Shown piece by piece: positions 56,285-64,000 of a stretch of 64,000 nt of DNA. Both the position numbers and the translations under genes were made by a program. The stretch is from Patescibacteria group bacterium (GTDB lineage Bacteria > Patescibacteriota > Minisyncoccia > Minisyncoccales > Staskawiczbacteraceae), in contig JAHJTG010000005.1 in the NCBI GenBank assembly GCA_018829965.1, positions 49,558-113,557 on the forward strand, read 5' to 3'. The notes beneath the pieces are model-generated. The model worked only from the letters and a program-made list of their open reading frames with translations. It searched no databases and was not told the origin of the DNA. Positions within the stretch are counted from its first letter, which is position 1; each line of letters begins with the position of its first letter.

Positions 56285-58753
56285 TTACCTCTTGTCAATA
56301 GCAACAAGGTTTATTAACTTACCTAATATAAATATTATTTTCTTAACTTCTTTACCTTCAATCCATTTCTTGATCTTCTCGCTGTTTAAAGCAAGCTTCT
56401 CCGCCTCTTTTTGGGTAATATCAGAATCAACCTCTATTTTATCGCGCACACTGCCATTAATCTGAATAATTAATAACACTCTTTCCCTCTTAATTAATTC
56501 AGAATCATATTTAGGCCACTCTTGTTCACAACAAAACCCTTTAAATCCCGCCTGCTTCCAGAGCTCTTCAGATATATGAGGAGCAAATGGTGAGAATAAG
56601 ATTAATAGCTTTTCAATTGTATCTTTACCAACTTCGTTTTGATGACTGCTAATAAAATTCAGAAATTCCATAAAAGCAGCCACTGATGTATTAAACTTCG
56701 CTGCTTCCAAGTAGCTACCTATTTTTTTAATCAAACGATTTAAAGCTGATTCTACTTCTTTACTGCTTTTTTTACTATTGCAACCTAAAATCAAATCCCA
56801 GAATCTCTCTAAAAATCTCCTACATCCCTTTATTCCTTGAGTATTCCATGCAATCGCTTGATCAAACGGCCCCATAAACATTTCGTAAAGCCTTAAAGTA
56901 TCTGCGCCGTATTCTTTCACAATATTGTCAGGATTTACCACATTGCCCCATGACTTTGACATTTTCCTGCTGTCCTCAGCTAAAACCATCCCGTGAGATG
57001 TTCTTTTAGCATAAGGCTCTGATTGCGGAGCGACTTTAATATCATATAAAAATTTGTACCAAAAACGAGAGTACAATAAATGGAGAGTCGTATGTTCCAT
57101 CCCCCCGTTATACCAATCAACCGGCATCCAATATTTCAATTTTGCGGAATCAGTCAATTCCTTATTATTCTTCGGGTCAATGTATCGCATGAAATACCAA
57201 GAAGAACCTGCCCAATTCGGCATAGTGTCTGTTTCTCTCTTAGCCGATCCTTTGCATTTCGGACATTTTACGTTTACCCATTTTGAAATAGCTGATAAAG
57301 GAGATTCGCCAGTTCCTGTCGGCTGATAATTCTTAACAAAAGGTAGTTTCACCGGCAAATCTTTTTCTGGAACTGGCCACATTCCTTGCCCGCCGTAGCC
57401 TTGGCGAAGGTGGGCGCACTTCTCGCAATGAACAATAGGTATTGGCTCGCCCCAATAATGCTGTCTTGAAAATACCCAATCGCGAAGCTTGTATTGAATT
57501 GTTTTTTTGCCTAAACTATTTAGCTCCAGCCATTTTGTAATCTTTTCAATTGCTTCTTCAGATTTTAGCCCATTGAATTCTCCTGAATTAATCAAAACTC
57601 CATATTCTTCGTAAGCCATTTCGCATCCGTGTAAATCCGTTTTCTTATCTGTGTCAATCTGTGGCGCTATAACTTCCCGCATGGGAAGATTATAGCGCTT
57701 AGCAAACTTGTAATCCCTGCTATCATGAGCCGGAACCATCATTACTGCTCCTCCGCCATAAGTTGCCACGACATAATCTCCTATCCAAATCGGCACTTTT
57801 CCTCCGTTTAAAGGATTAATGCAATAAGAGCCAGTGAAAACTCCTGTCTTCTCTTTTTCCAATTCTATTCTTTCAAATTCGCTTTTAAGCTTAGACTGTT
57901 TAATATATTCTTTGACCTTAGCTTCGTTTTCTTTTGTAATAATTTCTAAGGCCAATGGATTTTCCGGAGCTAAAACAACAGCAGTTACTCCGAAGATAGT
58001 ATCTACCCTTGTTGTAAAAACAGTTATTTTCTTTTCCGAGTTTTCTATTTTGAAATCAACTTCTGCTCCAAAGCTTTTCCCTATCCAGTTTATCTGCTGA
58101 GTTTTTATCTTTTCTAAATAATTAACATTATCTAAGTCTTTTATCAGACGATCTGCGTATTTAGTAATCTTTAGCATCCATTGTTCTTTTTCTTTCTGCT
58201 CTCCTTGAGTTCCGCATCTTTCACATTTGCCATTAACTACTTCTTCATTCGCTAATCCGGTTTTGCAAGAAGGACACCAATTAATCGGCATTCTCTTTTT
58301 ATACGTCAATCCATTCTCAAAAAGCTTTAAGAATATCCACTGAGTCCATTTATAGTATTTAGGGTCGGTTGTATTAATCTCTCTTTGCCAATCAAAAGAA
58401 AGACCTAAGCTTTTTAATTGGCGCTTGAAGGTAGCAATATTTTTCTTTACCGTAACTGAAGGATGAATACCTGTTTTAATGGCATAATTCTCTGCCGGCA
58501 AACCAAAAGCATCCCAACCGATTGGAAACAAGACATTGAATCCTTCCATTCTCTTTTTCCGAGCAACTGCATCTAAAGCCGTGTAGCTTCTTACATGCCC
58601 TACGTGCAAACCCTCGCCAGAAGGATAAGGGAATTCGATTAAAACATAAAACTTCGGCCTCTTTGACTTATCCTTTGCCTGAAAAACCTTTCCTTTTTCC
58701 CAGATTTTCTGCCATTTCGATTCAATTTTACCAGGATTATATTTTAAAACCAT
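56285..58753 (-). CDS. leuS: leucyl-tRNA synthetase
   Basis: HVGHVRSY (HIGH), KMSKSWGN (KMSKS), an editing domain and zinc motifs. Start chosen at the ATG at 58753 (MVLKYNP); the tracked ORF begins at an upstream TTG. Confidence 0.9.
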   Translation of the reverse strand: MVLKYNPGKIESKWQKIWEKGKVFQAKDKSKRPKFYVLIEFPYPSGEGLHVGHVRSYTALDAVARKKRMEGFNVLFPIGWDAFGLPAENYAIKTGIHPSVTVKKNIATFKRQLKSLGLSFDWQREINTTDPKYYKWTQWIFLKLFENGLTYKKRMPINWCPSCKTGLANEEVVNGKCERCGTQGEQKEKEQWMLKITKYADRLIKDLDNVNYLEKIKTQQINWIGKSFGAEVDFKIENSEKKITVFTTRVDTIFGVTAVVLAPENPLALEIITKENEAKVKEYIKQSKLKSEFERIELEKEKTGVFTGSYCINPLNGGKVPIWIGDYVVATYGGGAVMMVPAHDSRDYKFAKRYNLPMREVIAPQIDTDKKTDLHGCEMAYEEYGVLINSGEFNGLKSEEAIEKITKWLELNSLGKKTIQYKLRDWVFSRQHYWGEPIPIVHCEKCAHLRQGYGGQGMWPVPEKDLPVKLPFVKNYQPTGTGESPLSAISKWVNVKCPKCKGSAKRETDTMPNWAGSSWYFMRYIDPKNNKELTDSAKLKYWMPVDWYNGGMEHTTLHLLYSRFWYKFLYDIKVAPQSEPYAKRTSHGMVLAEDSRKMSKSWGNVVNPDNIVKEYGADTLRLYEMFMGPFDQAIAWNTQGIKGCRRFLERFWDLILGCNSKKSSKEVESALNRLIKKIGSYLEAAKFNTSVAAFMEFLNFISSHQNEVGKDTIEKLLILFSPFAPHISEELWKQAGFKGFCCEQEWPKYDSELIKRERVLLIIQINGSVRDKIEVDSDITQKEAEKLALNSEKIKKWIEGKEVKKIIFILGKLINLVAIDKR

Positions 58754-58894
58754 ATTATTAAATATAATAACACGAACAATATTCTTTAAAAAGGTTCCTT
58801 TTGACAAAATTATACTTTTGCGGTATTGTTTACATAAATAGCGTTAATAAACTAGAATTTTGTTCTTTTACTTTTTTAAGAAGGGATATAAATA

Positions 58895-59863
58895 ATGAAA
58901 TCGAATGGAGAATATCTTGATTTTGAAGAAACTATTAAGGCGATAGACGAAAGAATAGCAGAACTATTAAAAGAAAGCTCTCAACACGGAATTGATTACT
59001 CAGCTGAAATCCGCAAACTTCAACAACTGCAAATAATAGAGCTCCAGCAAATCTATTCAAACCTCACCGCCTGGCAAACAGTTCAAGTCGCAAGACATCC
59101 TCAAAGACCTATCTTAGGAGACTATTTAAATTTAATGGTAAAGGATTTCCGCCAGCTTCACGGCGACAGATGTTTCGGCGATGACCCAGCAATAATCTGC
59201 GGCACCGGTCATATCGGCAGAGAAAAGTTTTTAGTTATAGGCCAAAACAAGGGTCGCGATACAAAAGAAAAGATAAAATGTAATTTTGGATGTCCCAATC
59301 CTGAAGGCTATCGCAAGGCTCTTGCCAAGATGAAATTCGCTGAGAAATTCAACATCCCAGTGGTGACCCTGATTGACACACCAGGCGCTTATCCAGGTAT
59401 CGGTGCCGAAGAACGAGGCCAAGCTCGAGCTATTGCCGTAAATCTTATGGAAATGTCGAGACTGCGAGTACCGATCATATGTATAGTTATCGGTGAAGGC
59501 GGTTCAGGTGGCGCATTAGGTATTGGCGTAGGTGATCGAATGGCTATGCTTGAATTTGCTTATTGCTCTGTTATCTCTCCCGAAGGTTGTGCGGCAATTT
59601 TATGGAGAAACGGCTCAGAGGCACAAAAAGCTGCAGAGGCTTTAAAGCTCACGAGTAAAGACTTATTTAAGCTCAAATTAATGGATAAGATTATTTCTGA
59701 ACCTCTTGGTGGTGCCCATAGAAATATATATGAAACCATCTTTAATGTTAAAAAATACATTATTAAAACCATTAAAGAGCTCAAATCTTTATCGGCTGAA
59801 ACTCTAGTTAAAAACCGCTACCAAAAACTGCGCTTGATTGGCACAAAAGCAGTTCTTTATTAA
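58895..59863 (+). CDS. accA: acetyl-CoA carboxylase carboxyltransferase alpha subunit
   Basis: 322 aa, full-length AccA-like with a GGAHRN-type C-terminal region. GC content is visibly higher than the flanks. No accB/C/D in the window. Confidence 0.75.
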   Translation: MKSNGEYLDFEETIKAIDERIAELLKESSQHGIDYSAEIRKLQQLQIIELQQIYSNLTAWQTVQVARHPQRPILGDYLNLMVKDFRQLHGDRCFGDDPAIICGTGHIGREKFLVIGQNKGRDTKEKIKCNFGCPNPEGYRKALAKMKFAEKFNIPVVTLIDTPGAYPGIGAEERGQARAIAVNLMEMSRLRVPIICIVIGEGGSGGALGIGVGDRMAMLEFAYCSVISPEGCAAILWRNGSEAQKAAEALKLTSKDLFKLKLMDKIISEPLGGAHRNIYETIFNVKKYIIKTIKELKSLSAETLVKNRYQKLRLIGTKAVLY

Positions 59864-59865
59864 AA

Positions 59866-59898
59866 ACCTGTTCGTTTTCTGAGCAGGTTTTTTTATTG
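59866..59898 (+). terminator. rho-independent terminator after accA
   Basis: CCTGTTCG-ttttctga-GCAGG followed by TTTTTTT. Confidence 0.5.
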
Positions 59899-59916
59899 CA
59901 AAAATAGCGGATATTA

Positions 59917-60750
59917 TTAAATATTAAATAGAGCTTTTGCGTTTTGAGTTGTTGCTTCTGCTACTTCTTCAAAGTTGATATTTTTAATCTTTGCGATTTC
60001 TTCGGCAATATATTTAACAAAAATGGGTTCGTTTCTTTCCATCTCTACTCCTATTGGTGTTAAATAAGGACAATCAGTCTCAATCAAAATTCTATTTAAA
60101 GGAGTTTTTTCTATAACTTCTTTTAAATCCAACTTGTAAATTATTCCGTTTATGCCGAGGTAAAATCCCATATCCAAATATCTTTTCGCTTGTTCCCAAC
60201 TTCCGGTGAAACAATGGACAACTCCTTTTAATTGAAAATTGAAAATTGAAAATTGAAAATTTAAGACCTCTAAAAGGTCCTCGTGCGCCATTCGGCAATG
60301 TAAAATTACCGGTAAATTTAACTCTTTAGCCAACTCTAATTGTTTCAAAAAAACTTCTTTTTGTTTTTCTTTAAATAATTCCAATTTCTTTTTTGTTTTT
60401 GGTCTGTAATAATAATCCAGGCCTATCTCTCCTATTGCCACCACCTTTTTACTTAAAGCAAGCTCTTTATATTTTTCTTTATCAAACTCCTCGCTTTTAG
60501 CCAAAAAATCCCCTTCTTCGGGATCTGTTTTTATTTTAACTAAATTAGAAGCGTAAATCGGATGCAAGCCAATTGCCGCATATACTCCTTCTTTGTATTC
60601 TTCTGCAATTTCCACCGCCCTTTTGCTCGTCTCATATTTTGACCCGACATTTATCATCCAGATATTTTCATCTAACGTTCTTTTAATAACTTCATCTAAA
60701 TCTCTTTTAAAGGCATTGAAATTAAGATGGCTGTGGGTATCTATTAACAT
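59917..60750 (-). CDS. tatD: TatD-family metal-dependent hydrolase/DNase
   Basis: 277 aa with MLIDTHSHLNF. Contains an in-frame (TGAAAAT)x4 tract at 60231-60262 encoding …FQFSIFNFQ…. Confidence 0.85.
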   Translation of the reverse strand: MLIDTHSHLNFNAFKRDLDEVIKRTLDENIWMINVGSKYETSKRAVEIAEEYKEGVYAAIGLHPIYASNLVKIKTDPEEGDFLAKSEEFDKEKYKELALSKKVVAIGEIGLDYYYRPKTKKKLELFKEKQKEVFLKQLELAKELNLPVILHCRMAHEDLLEVLNFQFSIFNFQLKGVVHCFTGSWEQAKRYLDMGFYLGINGIIYKLDLKEVIEKTPLNRILIETDCPYLTPIGVEMERNEPIFVKYIAEEIAKIKNINFEEVAEATTQNAKALFNI

Positions 60751-60842
60751 ATAGCTATTATAGAATAATTTTCAGAAATTAAAAAAGCGCGGTGGTTTGC
60801 CATCGCGCTTAACTGTTTCAAAATATTTCTAATTACATCTGG

Positions 60843-61553
60843 TTAATACACCTTTTTTTCTTCGTCCAGAAGATTGCAGAAGACCTTATATGCCTGTTCC
60901 AGTATCTCCGAAGGGTCTGTTGAACAAACTATTCGTTCATAGCGCCATTTCCCATTGTCAACGGATTTACTTCTGCTACCGAGTGTCCATGTCCTGAAGT
61001 CCAACGTAATCTTAATGGGGTTATCATCAGATGGTTTCTTTCCCCTTTTTGTCATGCTTTTATCGCTCTCCCTGAAAAGCATGGAAAACATCTCGACGAA
61101 ACATGAGGATAATATGAAATTGCTTCCCGACAGAAATCGCTCGCCAAATATAGGCAGAACATCCCTTTTTAGATTTTCGGAAGCTTTCTTAATAATCCCT
61201 ACAGCAAATATCCCCCATCTCTCTTTGGCTGTAGGCCCGGAGCAGTAGCGGATAGTCACTTTTTTCGTGCCAGAAAATCTTTTCTGGGAATCATCGTCAA
61301 GTTCTATCGTGACTGCAGACCAACGCTGACCTTTTTCTGCCCAAGCCGGTGTCCAGTAACGATGCCACTCGGACATGTTGACCAAGCTTATGACGCGTCC
61401 TCTCATGTCAGGCCCGCCGGCAACAGGGAAAGTTATGCTATCCAGCTCTTTCGCCCAGCACAAAGCCAGCCTGGTCGCGGTAGGCCCGCAACATCTGTCT
61501 CTGGTGTCGCCATGAACAATAAACAATCTGTCTTGTGGTTTTGAATCAGCCAT
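60843..61553 (-). CDS. hypothetical protein in a GC-anomalous segment (likely acquired)
   Basis: 236 aa with SD GAAAGGAG. The gene and its ~130-nt upstream leader (60843-61680) are far more GC-rich than the surrounding DNA. No recognisable family (…IVHGDTRDRCCGPTATRL…). Confidence 0.5.
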   Translation of the reverse strand: MADSKPQDRLFIVHGDTRDRCCGPTATRLALCWAKELDSITFPVAGGPDMRGRVISLVNMSEWHRYWTPAWAEKGQRWSAVTIELDDDSQKRFSGTKKVTIRYCSGPTAKERWGIFAVGIIKKASENLKRDVLPIFGERFLSGSNFILSSCFVEMFSMLFRESDKSMTKRGKKPSDDNPIKITLDFRTWTLGSRSKSVDNGKWRYERIVCSTDPSEILEQAYKVFCNLLDEEKKVY

Positions 61554-61900
61554 TCGGCTTCTCCTTTCACTGCCCGCTTTCCGCCCCGCTTCAACGAGAG
61601 GCTGGCCTTCGGAATTCTCCTAGGGCCGGGCGACCGCGCGCACGCAGGCTCTGTGCCGCGCAGATTTAACAAGATGTATTATCAAAGAACTATTTAAAAA
61701 GTTAACAGGTCCAAACTTTCTTCACAGCGGTTTCAAATATTTCAAACATCACTTCGCCCCTGCCTGTTTTTATAAGCACAAATTCTTTCCCTTTCTTAAA
61801 AAACCATATCTTTTTTTAATCCACTTTTTCATTTTCAAGAATACAATTAAATAAAATTCTTTCTTAATTTATCCTCCTTTCTGGATTTCTATCCATATAA

Positions 61901-61965
61901 AATTGTTAAAAAACTTGATTTAATACTTAATTTAATAATCTAACAGGTTTAAAAATCTTTGTCAA
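61901..61965 (-). promoter_or_regulatory. promoter-containing 65-bp direct repeat, copy 1, driving a long leader of the GC-rich gene
   Basis: About 90% identical to 62489-62553. On the minus strand it reads TTGACAAAG-…-TAAATT (-35/-10-like, 17-bp spacer). Confidence 0.4.
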
Positions 61966-62043
61966 ATGGTTTTAAAAAGGTTTTAAAAAGGTGGTTTTAA
62001 AAAGGGCTACATAAATGCAGCCCTTTTTTCCTCAAATCTTCCC

Positions 62044-62487
62044 TTACTTATACTTAGGGTCGGGAACATAATTAAACCTAAGATGACCATCTTGTTGTAT
62101 TAATTCACATGTTGTTGGTATCAAGTTAGGGTTCTTCCATGTAATCATGAATTCTAATGGATTTACAGAAGTCATTTTAATTGAAAATATATCATCTTGC
62201 GTAAAAAAGTTTCCATCTGGAACGCCATGCTGAAAACCCAGACAGCATGATTCATCAACCCATAAACCACCTGGTACCACAAAATTAGGATTCGCTATAA
62301 TGCGATGATACTCACGTATAGCGTTTGCAATTCTCATCATCTTTGCTTCTCTTTTTAACCATCTGGCTTTGTTTACCTTTCCCCGTATCACGGGTATTGT
62401 CACCATTGCAATTATAGCCAGAATCACAACAATCAGAATCATCTTTCTCGTTTTCATAATGTTCCTTTCTAAAATTCCGGTATTCAT
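62044..62487 (-). CDS. hypothetical N-terminally membrane-anchored protein
   Basis: 147 aa with a single N-terminal TM helix (MILIVVILAIIAMVTIPVI) followed by a helical region. It lacks the GFTLIE prepilin motif. Confidence 0.4.
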   Translation of the reverse strand: MNTGILERNIMKTRKMILIVVILAIIAMVTIPVIRGKVNKARWLKREAKMMRIANAIREYHRIIANPNFVVPGGLWVDESCCLGFQHGVPDGNFFTQDDIFSIKMTSVNPLEFMITWKNPNLIPTTCELIQQDGHLRFNYVPDPKYK

Positions 62488-62488
62488 T

Positions 62489-62553
62489 TGTTAAAAAACT
62501 TAGTTTAATGCTTAATTTGATAATTTAACAGGTTTAAAAACCTTTGTCAAATT
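62489..62553 (-). promoter_or_regulatory. promoter-containing 65-bp direct repeat, copy 2, immediately upstream of ORF 62044-62487
   Basis: On the minus strand: TTGACA-aaggtttttaaacctgt-TAAATT. Confidence 0.4.
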
Positions 62554-62609
62554 TTTGTGTAAAAAACGCGGTTTGCATCGCGTTTTGATTATTGAGTTAA
62601 CTTTAAAAA

Positions 62610-64000
62610 TTAAATTCGCGGGAATAATAATCCCCCTCTTTCGTTTTTGAATTTTCCTGTTTTTTTATTTGTTTCTATCTCTTTCTCTATTTTTTCAGAA
62701 GTTTCAGGTAAAAACGGAGGCAATAACTCCGAACCTATACAAAATAATGCCTCAAGTAAATTTCTTAAGACTTGCTCATAACCTTTGTTTTTCTCCCACG
62801 GTTCTGTTTCATTTATATATGAATCGCAATAATGAACTATATCCCAAACACAAACTAATGCCTCATTAAATTTAAAATCTTCTATACTGTTTCTATATTT
62901 AATCTTAATCTCTGTTAAATAATCAATTATTTTTTTATCTGGGAAAATTTTCGTAAAATCAACCACTTCTGCCATTACTTTTACTCTCGCAATAAGATTA
63001 CCTATACCTCCTGCTAAATCAGCATTATACCTTCTCTCAAATTTTTCATAAGTAAAGTCGCCATCTTCGGTTGAGGAAATTTCTCGCAAAAGATAATATC
63101 TTAAAGCGTCAGCGCCGTGTTTTTCAATAAGCTCAAAAGGATCAACTACATTCCCTAAAGATTTTGACATTTTTTGTCCGTTGGAGGTTATAAATCCGTG
63201 GACGAATATTGTTTTTGGCAAATCTAAACCTAAAGACAAGAGCATCGCCGGCCAAAAAATAGTATGGAATCTCATTATATCTTTGCCCAAGCAATGAACA
63301 TCTACGGGCCAATATTTTTTGAATTTTTTATCTTCTTTGTAATAACCTATGGCAGATATATAATTCGGCAGTGCGTCACACCAGACATACAGGTACTGCG
63401 AAGGATCCCCAGGCACTTCAAACCCCCAATATTTGTCTTTTGTCCTCGAAAAACTTACATCTTCCAACCCTTGATTTATAAAAGAGAGCGTTTCATTTTT
63501 TCTTGTTTCCGGGACAATTTTTAATTCGCCTGATTCAATCGCTTTCTTTATTCTATCTGCATATTTTGAAAGTCGGAAAAAATAGTTTTCTTCTTCTATT
63601 AATTCTGGCTTTTTATTATGAATCGGACATTTACCATCAACCAAATCTTTTTCTGTGACAAAGGCTTCGCAACCAGCACAGTAAAACCCCCTATATTTCT
63701 TTTTATAAATATCGTCGTTTTCCTCTAGCTTCCTCCAAACTTTTTCTACTGCTGGTTTATGTATTTTTTCATCAGTGGTTCTAATAAAGTCATCATTAGA
63801 AATATTCAAAGCTTTATTTAATTCTCTAAATTTTTCTGATATTTCATCGGCAAATTCTTTTGGCTCTTCCCCTGCATCCCTTGCTGCTCTTAAAGTTTTA
63901 ATGCCATGCTCATCTGTTCCTGTTAAAAAAAACACGTCTTTACCTAAAAGACGATTATAGCGAGCTAAAACATCCGCCTGAACCGCCTCTAAAGCAAACC
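62610..64000 (-). CDS. metG: methionyl-tRNA synthetase (5' end beyond the window edge)
   Basis: KMSKSLGN motif. The frame stays open upstream of the tracked start (…RLLGKDVFFLTGTDEHG…), so the HIGH region and true start lie past position 64000. Confidence 0.85.
   Translation of the reverse strand, partial: FALEAVQADVLARYNRLLGKDVFFLTGTDEHGIKTLRAARDAGEEPKEFADEISEKFRELNKALNISNDDFIRTTDEKIHKPAVEKVWRKLEENDDIYKKKYRGFYCAGCEAFVTEKDLVDGKCPIHNKKPELIEEENYFFRLSKYADRIKKAIESGELKIVPETRKNETLSFINQGLEDVSFSRTKDKYWGFEVPGDPSQYLYVWCDALPNYISAIGYYKEDKKFKKYWPVDVHCLGKDIMRFHTIFWPAMLLSLGLDLPKTIFVHGFITSNGQKMSKSLGNVVDPFELIEKHGADALRYYLLREISSTEDGDFTYEKFERRYNADLAGGIGNLIARVKVMAEVVDFTKIFPDKKIIDYLTEIKIKYRNSIEDFKFNEALVCVWDIVHYCDSYINETEPWEKNKGYEQVLRNLLEALFCIGSELLPPFLPETSEKIEKEIETNKKTGKFKNERGGLLFPRI

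Overview
This is a low-GC, gene-dense bacterial window with the small-genome look of Candidate Phyla Radiation / Patescibacteria, though I cannot confirm the lineage from sequence alone. Most of it is housekeeping: rnj, trpS, rpsF-ssb-rpsR, recA, ftsK, rpoC-rpoB, htrA, prs, ftsA-ftsZ, ybeY, hisS, lepB, pth-dprA-topA, a small rel/spoT, glyA, tsaC, leuS, tatD, and a metG whose 5' end runs off the window. There is also a cell-envelope sugar cluster (two GT2, one GT28-like, a clan GH-A hydrolase, an EamA-type transporter), an indolepyruvate:ferredoxin oxidoreductase pair, and two tRNA-Leu genes. The main accessory content is two paralogous diversity-generating retroelement (DGR) cassettes, each made of an RT with the IGxxxSQ signature, a divergently encoded Avd-like four-helix-bundle ORF, a template repeat (TR), and a variable repeat (VR) at the 3' end of a small SD-preceded target gene. 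TR and VR differ almost only at TR adenines. The copy at 34.7-37.3 kb has its RT split by a +1 frameshift in a T7 homopolymer, while the copy at 53.5-56.1 kb has an intact RT. Other notable items are a LAGLIDADG intein inside anaerobic ribonucleotide reductase NrdD, a 14-nt motif CCCCGTTAGAAGTC found as convergent inverted pairs at five loci, a TTTAGG(G)/AATCCTAAA heptamer family that also sits in-frame inside nrdG and iorA, further repeat families and GC-rich structured elements, and two GC-anomalous genes (an orphan accA and an unknown 236-aa protein) that look horizontally acquired.
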